Shown: one piece after another, positions 37,956-52,210 of the stretch
Numbering within the stretch: position 1 is the stretch's first letter
Layout: every line of letters begins with the position of its first letter
NCBI GenBank assembly: GCA_013265495.1
Contig: MU058788.1
Coordinates: 1-64,000, forward strand
From: Vicugna vicugna
Taxonomy: Eukaryota
Direction: 5' to 3'
Length of the DNA: 64,000 nucleotides
Position numbers and translations under genes: made by a program
The notes under the pieces: model-generated
Database searches by the model: none
Seen by the model: the letters and a program-made list of their open reading frames with translations, nothing else
What the model was told of the DNA's origin: nothing

Positions 37956-40900
37956 GAATAAATCAGTGGGGCCTGGACCCACATCAGAAGTGTGGGTGTC
38001 GGGTCTCATGGCATCAGGGCGGGAGGTGCTGGCCCCCGGGCTGCCGGGCGCTGTCTTCCGTGGTTGGCATCACCAGCCCGGGGGCCTCGGTGCCCACTGG
38101 AGCCAGCCTCCCTCGGCTGTGTTTGAGCCAAAGCCTCCTCTCCCAGGGGGCACCTCCGCCACCATGGACCTTGCCTGGGACCTTAGCTCTGGAAGGAGGG
38201 TGAGCCTTCAGCCCTTGCTCTTCCGGTGAGAAAACAGCCCCAGAGAGGGGTGCGTGAACCGGCCAGCACCCCCGGTGGTGGTGGGGGCGCCAAGCGGACC
38301 CTGGGTCTGCAGGAGGAAGAGGCCGGAAACGGCAGCCCAGTGCTCTCAACCCCAGAGATTATTTCCCCATTTTACCCTCTAGTCTCTCGTCTTTGAAAAT
38401 TATACCCGGATGTGGTTTTTGACTATGTGACTGTGTAGTTAATTTTTTTTAAACTCTTATTGGCAATTGGTTTCTTCAATATCTGGGGCTGTGATTATCT
38501 GGATATAGCACGTTATTTGAAAACTTTTCCACAAGGTTTTAATTTAGTAAACGTTCTTTTAGTTTCATTAGTTCGGTTTCTGGCTTGCTTTTGAAACTGT
38601 AGGTGAGTGACAAGTGGAAGACAAATTAATAATTGTGGCAACTCAGCAGAGCACCCCTGTGAGGGCGGAGGGCTGGCTCTATCAATTAGCACAGTGTTCC
38701 TGTGGTTTCTCGGATGCCTCTAATTAAGATAACTTAGAACTAGACTGCAGATGAATAGATGCACTGTGTGATGATTTCAAGGAGAATAATCGGTGTGAAA
38801 GCCTGGACGTTTGGTGGTGACGCTCCAAGGAGCCTGGCGGGGACGTCAGCCCTGGGTTCAGGTCCTGTTGTTTCTGCCTGTTACCCTTCGTGTCTTCATC
38901 GCTGGGAAGAGGGTTGATGGAAATTAGTGAGACAGTGGGGATGATGCTGGCGCCGTTTCAGGCGGGCTTCCTTTGTCTTACTGGTGCGTGTACTCGCTGT
39001 TCTGTCCCCGGGGGGGTGGCTCTGGGCTCCTCTGATGGAGCAGGGGGCTTCTGGGAGCAGACACCCGGGGGAGGGGAACTTCGTGGCATGGATCACTGAC
39101 GGGGGATGTAAACTGGAGCAGGCCCTTCGAGGAGGGGAGCTCTCCCTTTGTGGCCTGTCTCTGTCTTTGGGGCCTTATGGCATCCCTGTGGGCTCAGGAT
39201 GCTCTCCCCCAACCTTGTTTTTTCTCCTAAGGTGAAGCCGTGGTGCTGAGTGAGGCCAGAAGTGTCACATTTGAGTTACATATTTTAAGATGGATAGTGT
39301 AATTGGCCGAAGTGCAGTGTGCGTTCCCAGGGGCACCGAGAGCAAAGCAGACCTGATAGATTAATGGGCGTGATGGAGTGGACTGAAGGGATGGTAATTT
39401 CATGGGTGTCTGGCTTTAAGTCCTGCCTTTCTAGTTCACAGTTGTTCGGTGGCCCGTCTCCTCCGCAGACCTCAGAGCCAGCCACCCTGTGGGATCCCCA
39501 TGCTCCATGTCCCCCCCGGGGGCTCTCGTCCTCTTCCCCTCAGTGCTGAGCTGGGGGACAGTCTGGCTCCGGTACCTCCTGTGTTTTCTGCGTTACTTAT
39601 TTATTCCAGGAAGGGAGTGTTGCAGCCGTGAGGAGAGTATTGATTCCAGAGGTCTGCACACATAGAAATCGTGGGCAAAGCCTAGAAGCCCAGCCATTGC
39701 CCACGCTGGCGGTTAGGAAGCCATATGCCCAGAACGTGCACATTTGAGTGCTAATTAGAGAGCCAGGCTGATGGAGCGGGGAGCCAGGCTAAGAGCTGTC
39801 AAGATGGCCCGCAGCCCCCGACCTGCAGCGCACTGAAATATTTCAAGATTTAGAATCCCTGTTTTAAGACATTGATCTTTCCTTGAAGAAAGCTGTCTTG
39901 GCTGTGAGATGGTACCCAGAGAGGACAGGAGGAGATGGTTAGCATTCAGCATGTGGTTTCTTCTGGGTGATAACAGTGTGGGTGCTGTGTGTTTACTTGG
40001 TGTCCCTGGAGTGACTGGGACCGACGGTAACTGTGTGTGCAGGAAGGTCCCCGTGGTATCTCCTAGCCCTTCCCCTGGAGGGGGCCTTACTGTCCCGTCC
40101 TCTGATCGTGTGCGAGTAGAGGGAAACACTGCCTGAGACAAACAAGGAGAGGAGCTGGAGCCCTGGGTCAGCCTCAGTTCTTCTCCACCTGCCCTCGGAT
40201 GTTGGGCCGTGTGTGCTTGGAGTGGGGGTTCTGCATCTCTGGGCTTCAGCTGGTTCAGCAGAGAGCAGGGCTCAGAGCCTCCCAGCGTCCCTGGGTCCCT
40301 TACCACGTGCTGCTGTTGACACCCAGGACTTCCCCACCTGCTGAGCACTGCAGTGTAAGTTTTATTTGCTCACCTGCATCCACTGGACTGGGAGCATCTT
40401 GAGGCCAGCACATGCTCAGCTCCTCCTCTTCCTGCCCTCCTTCCTCCCACAGAGATTCATTAGCAGCTGTGGGGTGCTGGCCTGAGGGAGGCCTTGGGAA
40501 GCGAGGCGGACGTGTGCATTCCGGGAGGGATGAGGGTTGGGGGCTGAGGGAGTATCAGATAGCCTTAGGTGAAGTTCCACGGGGACCCAGAATCATCAGA
40601 AAGGACCAAGGAGGGCACATTTGGCAGGGGACAGATGATGACTATAAGGATCCAACCATGAAGATGTGGTGGAAGACAATCTAGGCTTGGAGAAGATCAT
40701 GTGCAAAGGTCCTGCAGCCAAAATGAACTTGGTGTGCATGGACAATCTAAAGCAAAAAGAAGGCCACAGAATGGGCCCATGGTGGGCAAGGGCCGCCCAG
40801 GGTCAGAGAGTGGCTGGGACATGCTAAGCATTTAGGAATTTATTTGTGTGTGTCATCAGATTCCCTGGGTGTGGCTCAGCCCCCAGTACATGGTTGGTGC

Positions 40901-43604
40901 TCTGGTTGGTGTCCCATAAATACTGATGAACGAGATAAGGATCAGACCGCTGGCTCATGGTGGTGAGAACAGCCGTGAATCTGGGCTCAGTGGTGGGTCT
41001 GCTGCTTGGGGAACCAAGCTGCACAAGACGTCCTGGCCCCTGTGGTCCCTCTCCCCTGGGCTTTCATTCTGCAGAGTGACCAACCCTGGGGTTAGCACGA
41101 CATCGTGTCCTTTTTCACACCTTCGTCACAACCTGTAACAGCTGTAGTCTGGCAGAAGCGGTCAGGGTCGGGAGTCACCATCATTTCTGGGTGCAGAGCT
41201 GGCTTTTCCCCGGTTGCATGCAGTGTGAATGTGGACTGAGAGGAGACCACAGCCTCCGCCTTTTCCTCCAGAAATGCTGCATTGCTCTTGCAGCTGAAAG
41301 GGCCCAGCTGTATTTGTAAGCTGAGCTATTAAATCATTGCACCTTGATCGGTGGTGGTACCGCTTCACCTCCTCCGAGGAGGGGAGAGACTGCGCTGGGA
41401 TGCCGAGGTAGAGGAAAGAGATCTCAGGCGGTAGAATTATAAATTGTGTTTAAGCAGTCTCGTCCCTTCCCGCTGCTTGTAGAAAAGAGTTTTTCATTAT
41501 TAACCCCCCTTCCACCAACTCAGCATCATAAACGGTGCTGCATCTGGCAGGTAATCTCTAGGCAGTCACTTAGGCTAACATGGTTTCTGGGCAGCCTAGT
41601 CTGCCCCGGTGCTACACCGGGGATTAGGCACCTGATGTTCTTTTATTCATTACATTGCAGAGTGTTTGGAGCCACCTCTAACTTGGTATTTTAATGCTCT
41701 GTGCCCTGGATGGCCTCTTGTAAGCAAGACTGTGTTGATAACACCACTGACTAGTGGTATAAAGGGTTGGAAGTGTAGGGCTTTGGACAGACAGGATGGA
41801 GGTGGGTTTATGTTTGAAATGTCGGGGGCACCCGGGGTGGGCTCACAGTCTGCTCCCGCTTCGGTCAGCACCCCCTGACGTAATTTGACACTGCTTACCT
41901 CAGGGAGCAAGCTCTTCTGTAGCGTCTGTTGAAACACTTCAAGCAACTGGTGGAGGGTTTGAAGCCAGCCTGCCAAGTTGAGGGAGAAATGCAGGGTGAG
42001 ATTTCTGTCCACCTTCTGGGATTGTAGACAACCAACAATAGGACCTATTCCAGGACTCGGTGTTCTGGGGGTGCGAGAGGAGGGGCTGAGGAAATGATGC
42101 CCTCAGTTATTTGGAGACTTTGAAGGTGCAGAATCATAGGAGACGCTGGCGTCTTGAGTCAGCCGAGCAAGGATTCAGCGAGAGTGGGTGATGGAGACGA
42201 GTGTGCAGCCCGACACTCTGCCCTGAGCTCAGGAGTGGCTGGTTCAGCCTTTAAGAACTAGCACACCCCCTGCTAGTAAGTCTTCCAGTCCATTAGTCGG
42301 GGGCTGAGGGGGTAGAAAAATGCGTAAGTCTGGGGAAAGGAGGGGAGGGCGGCACAGGAGGCAAGACTCTGGGGTGGGGGGCAGGCTTCCTACTGCAAGA
42401 CTGGCTCACACTTTGGGCATCAGGCTTTCTCTCCCTTACTTTTTTTTTAGGGGGGTGGTTCTTACTGCCTGCGGAGAATAGCTGTTGAATGAGTGGTTTC
42501 CCTTGTGTGTCCCTGGGGGATGTATTTCCTCTTCATTCCTTGTTCCTCCTTCTTAGTTTCAGCCCCGCACAGGACGTAGCTTCTCTGGCAATGAGGGTTC
42601 AGTTGCAGACCAGCTCTCCTGGGTGGGATCCCCTAGAGCTAGCAGTTCATGACTTGTCATCAGCAAAGCATGTTCAGGGCGCAGCACTGTCTCCCAGGCC
42701 GCGTGTCTGCCCCGCTGGTTGTGCTTGGGGGATGCGGAGCGCGCTCTGGGGAGGTGGCGGGGCAGTTCTGACCTTTGGAGCCATTGCCTGGTTCCGGCCT
42801 CAGCCCTACTTACTGCTGTGTCCTTGCACAGGTGTCTTTTCTAAGACTGTCACCTTGTCTGCCAGGTGGAGACTGGAATTGCTTCACCGGGCTGTGGCAG
42901 GTGTTAAGTGAGGGGTTGCCTGTCAGGCACTTGTTAACCCTGTGCCCATCGAGAGGAGGTGCTCGATACCGTGTGCGCGCGCACGCACCGTAACTCAGCT
43001 GCTGGAAAGTCATTTTCTGTCTGCAGCTATAGACGCACACTTGTGCAGACGCGTGCACGTGCATGCAGACACGTGCACAGGACCCGTGCGCGCGCACGCT
43101 TTCGCGCATCTTTCCTTCCCGGCCGAAAAGGCGTAGGTAGCAGGTGTCGTTAGAAATGCGAATTTACTGCCTGGGGGTCAGCACGTCTTCCTTCCATCCC
43201 AGGGAGGAGCGGGCTTCCCCTGGGAAGGTGCCCACAGAGTGGGGAGATGGGGTCCTGGCTGGGAGCAGGCGCCTGGCACAGCTCCTTCGAATCCAACACA
43301 AGTTGCTGCCCTGGAGATAAGGCACACCTGTCAGGGCCTGCTTCGTGTTCTCATTTTAAGAGCTATCTCATCTGATGACCAGCCCTAATGACTGAATCTC
43401 ACCAATGAAATATCTGCAGGATGAAGGAATTTGCCTGTTGATTGCGCTCGAATTGCTGCATTAAAATGAAATTCCAAGGTTGGCGGTAGCCTCGGACTCT
43501 GTCTGCTGTCACCTCCTCCCTTCTCTCCCCTACCTGCTCCTCGGTTCTCCTTTGTGTCTTTTATCCCTTTATTAGGCCCTCCCCTCTCAGCTCAAACTGT
43601 CGTC

Positions 43605-43700
43605 CAGTGGTTTTCAATCTGGCCACGTGTTAGGATCACCTGGGGAGATTTAAAAACTACAGATGCCTAGGACCTACCCCAGGCCAATTAAATCAGAACG
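43605..43700. mobile_element. MER5-like hAT-Charlie fragment
   Basis: cagtggttttcaatctggcc...ttaggatcacctggggag...taaaaactacagatgcct...ccaattaaatcagaa. Confidence 0.75.
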
Positions 43701-45172
43701 TCAGGCTGCCCAGCCAAAGTGTGTTTTTAAAAACTCTTGGAGCCCTCAGGTATATGTTTGGTCTATTTTGTGGGCTTTGAGCTTGAGTTTGGTCTTTCTT
43801 TGGAAAAACTTGGGTACTTGCCTTTTTCTTCAGGGTAGAATATTTATAGGCATTGATTGATTGTTGGGTGTAAGTAGTTATTCAGGAAACTCCGAGAAGC
43901 TTGATGTTTACAATCAAAGTGATGAACAACAGATATGAAAATGACAGCTTGGAGCTTAAAGAAAACACAGCTTTCCTCACCGGCCTGAAGGAACACAGGG
44001 AGTAGACTGAAGTGCTCAGTAGTCGAGCAGTCACGGATTCTACTTTTCTCGCTAGTTTTAATCTGGGGTTAGTTTGTTTTCGTTGTAGTTTTGAGGGGGG
44101 AGGTTTGACCTCACGTGTCAGTCAGCGGCTAAGAGGATGCAATTCTCAAGGAAAAATCCGGGTCGATTTCCAGCTGATTGGAAGTGTCGGGAACGGCGTC
44201 ATGATCAGAGGACTCTGACGCTCATTATCAAACGGCCTACAAGCGCCTTGGGGGGAAATGAACAAAGCTGTCCCTTCCAGTCTGACCTGGAATTGGTGGG
44301 AGACGTTGAATGCCCCGCACAGCGCCCCACCTGCTCCCCTTCCACGGCCCCGCACGCGCCCACTGGAAGAGAAGGTAGAGGACCCTCCGCCCTCCCAGTA
44401 GCCTTCAACCTCAGGAGGGGTTGGGTGGTGCGGATTCTAAGGTTCCTGAAGTTCCTGGACTCCGGCTGACCCCTCTGTTGGAGACTGAAGTGCACAGAAT
44501 TTAGGAATGCCATAAAGTAGGTTTTCCGAGGGGAGGTTGGAAGATGTGTGTCTGTTTTCTTCATTCTGTCCAATTGTGTGTGTGTAACACATTTGTAGAA
44601 ACATTTGAGGCTTATAGGATCATTTTCTTCAAGAGACCTCGTAAATTTTCCAGTGTGTAAAGAGAGGCCACTGAGCTGTTTCAGATGGAACTGGGAGAGA
44701 GAGAATCACCAGGGGTCTCCGGGTTTCAGAGGTTTGGAGACTCAACTTTGTTAGTTCATCAGTCAAAGACTGAGGTTTCCGTGAACCAGAATTGTTACGC
44801 GTTGGTAAGTGTGGACGGCGGTTCAGCAGTGGATGGAGAGAAGCGTGCCTGTGCGAGAAGGCTCCCGGAGGCACGTGCACGCAGGGAACCAGCCTTGCTG
44901 TGTGAACAACTGTGTTCTCTGAGGCTGCCCTCCCTCCCTCTGTGGAAGCTTGATGAATTGGCCGTCACCTTTCCTGGGATATTTCTGTGTGTAGAATCAA
45001 TACCCTCTCCCCAGGGTGGTGATGGAGATTCATTTCTCAAAAACCCCAGTGTACAATTTATTAAACTGTTGTCTCAGCTCCAAACCCTTTTAGGCTCTGC
45101 TCTGTGACGCTGGAGCTGGGACTCCGCATAGCTCGTCTGTGCCCTGCCCTGGCAGCCCTGCCGGGCGGTCGT

Positions 45173-45190
45173 CCCCCCCCCCCCCCCCCC
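45173..45190. repeat. C18 homopolymer
   Basis: Read directly. Confidence 0.95.
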
Positions 45191-46559
45191 ATCCCAGGTC
45201 GGGTGGAAACAGCCTCACGGCCTCCACCCATCTTAGACATCCCTGCAGCTTCTCCGGGGTCGGGCTCAGGGCTCCTTCGTCTGAGTTTAAGCTCACCCAG
45301 TCCCTTCTTCCTTTGGTTTCTTCCATCCCGGGGGTGGTGGTTGCTTCCCGCAGTTGCTACCTGCCTGAGACCTCAGAGCTTCCTTTGTACCCTCTCAGCT
45401 ACCTAGCTGACAACCCGATGACCTGCTTGTCAATTTACGGTAAAGCCTCTGTTAAAAAGCTTCTCTATTGTCTGAACTCTAGACACTGGCTCCTGACTGA
45501 CACATCTGACTTTCTTTTCAACATTCTTTAGTAGTCAGTCAGCAGAACTATTTCCCGAGACGCATTATACTTCATCAGATTGCAGCTTACCTTACGTTCC
45601 TTGGATTTTTTGCTGAGATTCCTCCGTGCGGTTTGAGACACACTCTCTCCTCGTTGGCTCCTTGTGTAAACCATCGTCAGCTAGGATGAGTTATTTCTTG
45701 GCAGGATCACCGGTGATGGCTAATGTCATTCATTCTGTTGGTTCTTTTTGGCTTTACTTTTGGAAGGTGATGTTTTACACCCTTGTCTCCAGATTCTGTG
45801 TCTGTTACGCGAGAGCTCTGAAATTCCCTTCCACTTGCTAGATGATGGTGGTGGTGTATTTAAGCTACATGTACCTCTAAAAAGACTTGAGGCACTTTAT
45901 ATGAAAAAAGCATATATGTTATGTATAAACACAGATTCATTAAAATAAGAGTTTAAAAATCTAGGACCATATAATGTTGATGGGAGGTGGGGAATGAGTG
46001 GGGAGAAAAAGGAGAAGGGAACAGAGTGGAGGGAGACACTGAGCATCTTGTTCCTGTCTGTGCTGAGCCCGGTCCTTGGCCTAATCCTGCGAGGTAAGGC
46101 TGTTGTCGCCTGAGCCCCAGAGGGCCAGGCGAGCAGGGCTCCGGTCCGGGCACTTCTTAGCAGGTCTGCAGACGGGAGACCAAGGAAAGTCCTCCAGTTG
46201 AATGCAGAATTGTATGTTGAGCACCAAAGCAAAGAGGAACCATGGTGGGTCACATAGCTCTCACTTTCTAATAAAATGAAACATTTTCTTCATCTTCATA
46301 CTTGATAAGAATCCAGTAGACCTTAATTTAAAGCTCACTAAACATCATAATGGATAGTGTCAGTTGGGGAAGAAAAAATACCAAACCCCGAGTGCAGAGG
46401 TGCGGAGTGGCCGTTTGTTTAAATCATTCCCTGAAGCGGAGGCAGCAGCACCCCTAGCACCTTGGAGAGGCAGCTGTGGGGCCCGGCCTGCCGCTCAGAC
46501 CTGCTCAGGGTGACGTGGGCCCCCTCCTCACGCTCCACGTCACTTCACTGATGATGATG

Positions 46560-46735
46560 CAGGCAGCATCGCGTGGTTGCTGAGAAGGCAGGCTTTTGAG
46601 AGGTAGGTTTGCATCCGCCATCCCCCAGTCGCTGGCCAGGTGAACCTGGGCGAGGAGCTTAGTCTCTGAGCCTCAGCTTCTCCACTTACTAAATCGGGGT
46701 GACAGTAAGGTTACTGTTCTTTGGATTCAAATACA
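46560..46735 (+). mobile_element. MIR
   Basis: gtgaacctgggcgag...tctctgagcctcagcttctccacttactaaatcggggtgacagta. Confidence 0.6.
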
Positions 46736-49224
46736 CGTGCTTTCCTAAAATATCTGGAGAGCTTATGTTAAAAGGAATGTAGATGGTAGAACAAAAAGTG
46801 ATCAGAATTCTGAGAAATAAACAGAGTCAGACCACTTGGAAGGGAGATTGACGGATAGGTGGGGACGAGCCCCAAGCAAGGTCAGGTGCCTCTCACACGG
46901 GTCTGCCCTTGCCCCCTTTATAGACGGGAAGCAGACTGAGAAATGCAGGATCTGACCTGCATCAGGTGTGCGCGTAGCTGGCTTTGTGGCGGCAAGGATG
47001 AAATGAGGTGACGCAGGTGAGGCTCTCAGCTCTGGGCTTGAGCCCCCCACAGAGTCCGTGGCCCCTGGCTTCTCAGGGTGAGCTAGCTGGCCCTTCTGCT
47101 CCTGCTGTTCTCATTTCTACATTACCCTCTCCGTCTCTGAATGTGCAGGTCGGGTCGAGTAAGGTACCCCAGCGCCTGGCTTTTGAGAGCTGCTGGCGGA
47201 GGTGGTGGCTGTGGCCAGCAGACTCACAGGTCTGTGGCTGTCCTTCCCGCGGCTTGGAAGGACTTTGGTGTGACCCCCCCCCCCCTCAGCGGGGAACAGA
47301 CTGCCCCCTGCGGTGTTTCAGGCACTTTGTGTGTGTTTGCTCATTTAATCCTTATAAAACCCTGCAAGGCAGTGTGGTCATCCTGTTTTATGGGTGAAGA
47401 GCCTGCCAGGTAAGGAGGCGCTCATGGGCTGCCTCGGTGCACACGTGGAGGTGGTTGAGTCGGGGCTGGTGTCCTCCCCCGCCGGCTCCCCGGACCCTCA
47501 ACCTCCACGGCACCCTCCCTGTTACGAGTCCCAGCACCCACTCTTAGACCAGCCAGCAGCCAGGAAGAGCTTTGGAGTGAAGTGGCCCAGTGCCTGTCGT
47601 GGTGGGGGGTGCCCCGTGCTGGCCCAGCAGCCCCCCTCCCTGTGTGCTCTGCACACCCCTTCCCACTGGAGTCTCTTCCCCACCTTGAATCTGGCCTTCT
47701 GGCAGCTTCCTTGCCCAGTGGGTCGCTGTGGGTGTGACCCTGGGGCCCAGCTGCTGGGTTGTGAGCCATCCAGGCTGTTTCACTAGAGAATGGGGCCCCG
47801 TGGACCCCCCTGGAGGGTGGGAGACTCGGCCAGAGGGGACCCAAGAGGATAGAGAGAGCACGCTGGTCCTCAACAGGTGAGAGGCCCCACCCCCCGCCAG
47901 GTGCCCACACCTGGAGTACAGGAAGTACCCAGGTGCCCGGAGGGCCCTGAGATGCACCAGGTCTGTTTGGGGAGGGCTGTTTGTGTGGGCGCCGAACTGG
48001 CACGCGCCGTGCTGAGCAGTGAGGAGGGTGTGCTCAGCCACGTGTCAGGAGGTGTTTGCTGGAGTGATCCTTCTCACTGAGCCACGCCAGCTGCTGCTGG
48101 GTTTGCTTTCAATTTTAAGAAAAGTCGTAAATCAGCCTGCGTTTGCAGTGTTTTCTCACGTTAGGACCTGCCCATTTTGGTCGAGCCATAGTAGAAAATA
48201 CATCCCTTTAAGAAGGTTTTAATTCCTGAACCGAACATATTAAAAAATGTTCTTCTCTGTGATCACTGGGACTAGAGAATTCCTTATCAGTGCAGCTGAG
48301 TCATTTGCTCAAGTGATTTCAGTGTGATATCTGTTCACGTGCACAGCTTGTCAGCGGGAATCACGAGGGGCCAGTAACCAGGAGGAGTGATGTTGCTGAC
48401 TGCTGAGGGCGGAGGATGGTACTCGGGTCCCCCTCGGTCCCTCCCTTCCCTCCTCCCTCCCTCCCTCCTCCTCACTAGCACCTCAGTGTTTCTGCCTCTG
48501 ACCCTTGTCGTCTTAGAAATTTTTTTATCCATTAGGCATTAGAATCTTTCTTAATTCACAATTAATTCCATTTGTACCCATTAGAAGCTTTCTTAATCCA
48601 CACTTAATTCCGTTTTTCCAGCCTCTCCCTGGAAATCCTTAGCAGCCAGGGCACTGTCAATGTTGACCCTGCTCAGTATCCCTTCACTTATTTCTTCCCC
48701 AGGATGGATTCATTTTGGTCAGAATTTTGTACAGTCGCAGAATCAAGGAGACTTGACACCTAGAAGCTGTGTCTTCCTTTGGGGTCTAATTCACGTCGAG
48801 GTCCTCCAGTTCAGAGAAGACCTCCCTTCAGTGACAGATGGTAAACAGATTCTGCAGGATGAGTAATTCCTTCACTGCTGTCTAAATGGTTTGTTTAGAA
48901 GCAAACAAGATGATTCTCTCTTCCTATTGAATGTGCTGTGAGAACCTCAGGATCCTGCTGAGTTACTGTCCAGAACTGCAGCTGAGAAGGGGGGTAGATG
49001 GGAACCAACAGAGAAAGGGGCTTGACTGGCAGTTCACAGTTCAGACCTGGGATCACAGGAAACTTGACAACCTCTTAATTTAATTAACTATCCATCCAAA
49101 TTGTTAAAACACCATGTACTTTGCTCAGGAGATGCAATTTTCATCATACTGAGATGATCAATTTTCAGTGAGCCAAGTAGATTTCTTTATCTTTTTTCAT
49201 TTTCCTTTTAAAATTATTTAAATT

Positions 49225-49680
49225 TTTTTAAAAACTGTGGTAAGACATACATAACATAAAATTGTCCATCTAAACTATTTTGAAGTGTCTAGTTCAGTGG
49301 CATCACGAATGTTCACAGTATTGTTGCAACCATCACCACCGTCTTATCTCCAGAACTTCATCTTTTTGTAAAACTGAAACTCTGTCCCCATTAAACACCA
49401 ACTCGTCCCTGCCCCCCCGCCGCCCGCAACCACCATTGTACTTTCTGCTTCTATGAATTTGACTCTTAAAGGGATCTCGTATGAATGAAATCATAGAATA
49501 TTTATCCTTTTGTGATCGGTTTACTTCATTTAGTATGTCTTCCCATGATGTAGCATGTGTTAGAATTTCCTTCTTAAGGCTGAGTAATACTCCATTGTGT
49601 GTATATATTTTGTTTATACATTCATCTATCAATGAACAATTGGGTTGCTTCCACCTTTTGGCTATTGAGAATATTGTTGT
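49225..49680 (-). mobile_element. L1MB-like 3' end
   Basis: gtggtaagacatacataacataaaatt terminus; homologous to 20077-20790. Minus ORF 49333-49632 has ORF2 C-terminal traces (EILTHATSWEDILNEVNRSQKDKYSMIS). Confidence 0.85.
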
Positions 49681-51881
49681 TTCTTATATTTTAACATTAA
49701 AATGAAACATCATGATTTAATCTATCCTTGATATCAAGAAGCTTTACAATATCGTTTAGTAGCGGAGAGTTATGGTTAACATGTACCAAGTATACATTGT
49801 ATCCTTAATGCTCGATGCGGCAACATTTATATTTCTGTCTTCAGGTTTGGCATATGTTAATTCTTCTCTATTCAGGGATCAAAAATGAGTTAACATGTAA
49901 GAGTGTATCCTGTAGAAAGGAGTAAGTAATTCTTAGTAGTTAATACCAGAATAAGTCCTGAATTTTCTTGTTTGCATACTGGTGAGAAGACATTCATAGT
50001 AGAGATTTGGCATAATTGAATTCTTCCGGAAACTTCAGACACTTTACATTCTTTTTAGCACAGATTTGAACTATATGGGGGGTTATTCATGGGATTAGGA
50101 GGTTTGAAGACATATTTAAATATTATGTAGGTTCTCTGGAGTAAATGTGCAGAATCCCAGCGTCCTGTTGGGAACGGTCTGTATTCTGCCCTCCCTCGAC
50201 TCCATCTGCTCCACAGAGTGTGGGGTCCATGCTGTGGGACAGCGTCTTTTTCGACTTTGTGCACATGAATTGTGTAGCCTGTGGATTTGCTATATCCATT
50301 TCCTGGATGTACTTACCAGGCACTGACTGTGTGCCAGGGACTGCCTGAGACGTGGCATGAGGCAGGAGGGAATTCACTCCGAAGTGAGTCTGGGAGGTTG
50401 GCTGAATTTCCAACTGGTATGGTGTCTACACCCAGTCATTCTTTGAATCCACTTGTCATGCTCTTGCTTAGATGCTCCCAGTCCTGCAGAATTATGTACA
50501 CGGAGGAGGCGGGGGACGTCGGAGTTCTCACAGCATCCTCTGACCACGCACTTGGTTTCTTTCTCAGAAGAGTTGCCCGTCCTTAGCCCCTGTATCACAC
50601 TGGTGGTCTCTGGTATCAGTGTTTGCACAAAGGCCAGATGGTCGCCGCGTGCTCTGGGGGGACTACCTGTGTCCCTGCGGCAGTCTTAGGGCCCTGCCCT
50701 GCTGTGTTTTCTCTCCAGGCCCCATTTTGCCCATTTTCTCATTTGCATTGTGCGCACAGGCCGCCCACCGTCCATAGTGGTGAGTCCGAGTCCAGGGTCC
50801 TGGGCTCCCGGGAGGATGAGAGGCTGGAAGGGGTCTAGGGCAGGAAGCAGCCGAATACGCTCTTTGCTGCAAGTTTCTCAAAACCATTAATACACGGGTG
50901 TGTTTCTCGAACCGCCAGCGAGTCCACACAGCTCTGTAGCTTGGCCCAGGAGGACTTCTCTCCCCTCGTCAAAGCTGTCCGCGTGTCCAAGCTCTGATGC
51001 CCGGGAGGTGCTCGCTGGAGGCCGGGCAGGGTGGCGTGGGCTCCGGCGTGGTGACCGCAGTCTGCCCGAGGCTCTCAGTGGCAGGTGCACAGCTTAACGG
51101 TAATTCTGGCCTTTGTTCCTGGGAGGAGACTTTTTCTTCCTCACATCGTGGCGGCTGCCAGGCAGGCTGCCTCTCAGTCGTGCTCACGGAGTCCCCCTCC
51201 GTCTGGCTCTGCAGATGGCTTTGCACACCCAGGCGCCAGGGCCCAGCCCTCCCCTCGGGCCTGACGCCTGCAGGAGGGGCCGGTCTTGTGCCCGTGCATC
51301 TCGGCTTCTGTCCGTCCGGGGTTCTGAGGCACCCGACTCGAGGGAACCTCTCTCCTGTGGCCCGGCGCCGCAGACACTGCCCGCGCGAGCATCGGGTTAG
51401 CATTTTCCTCCCCACCAGGCCCGGTGCTTCTCGAGGGCAAGGCCCACGGTTAACCTGTTGGCACGGCTGCCCACACAGTGAGGAGAAGGGCGGGAGTTCG
51501 GCATCTTGTTTGTTCAGTAAACGATCTGAAAAATGAAGCATCGAGTCCTGGAAGTGGTTTAATTGGCTACGATTCCAGGCACCTTGCCCTGGCACCCCGT
51601 GCCTCGGTTTTCTCAATTCTAAGGTGTAGCTGATTATTTCTCAGGTGGTTCCCGAGGACACAGGAGAGGCTTCCTTGCTTCTGCACCTACTGTGTGCCTT
51701 CTGTGCCGAGTGGGGCATGCGCGGTGTTCTTCTCCCACCGTGGACTTCCGGGGAGACATAGGTGTTACTGACCCGGTTCTGCAAACGAGCAGGTGCAGGT
51801 GCGGAGTAACTTCCTCTAGGTCACAAGGCTCTGAAGTCAGAGAGGTATAATTAACACACAGGGCTGCGTCACTCCACAGTC

Positions 51882-52210
51882 TGTGTGTGTGCGTATATGT
51901 ACTTGTAAGTATATATATATATATACACACACATACACACACACACAGGTACATGGGGGTGTGTATCTACACACTCAAAAAGGATTTGGGGGGAATATCC
52001 ATATATACACAAACCTACATGAACACACACTCCTGGTGTCTGACATATTTAGGAAGTGTAGAGGGAGGAATACACGTGTGGATATGTAGGTATATACATG
52101 TGTGTATATGTGCATATTTCCCCTGTCACTTCGTAACTGTGTGGCACATGTATGTGTATATATTCATAAACATATATATGTGCATGTACATATAGGTGTG
52201 TGTGTATGTA
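51882..52210. repeat. Compound (TG)/(TA)/(CA) low-complexity tracts
   Basis: Read directly; two sub-tracts near 51882-51947 and 52070-52210. Confidence 0.85.
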
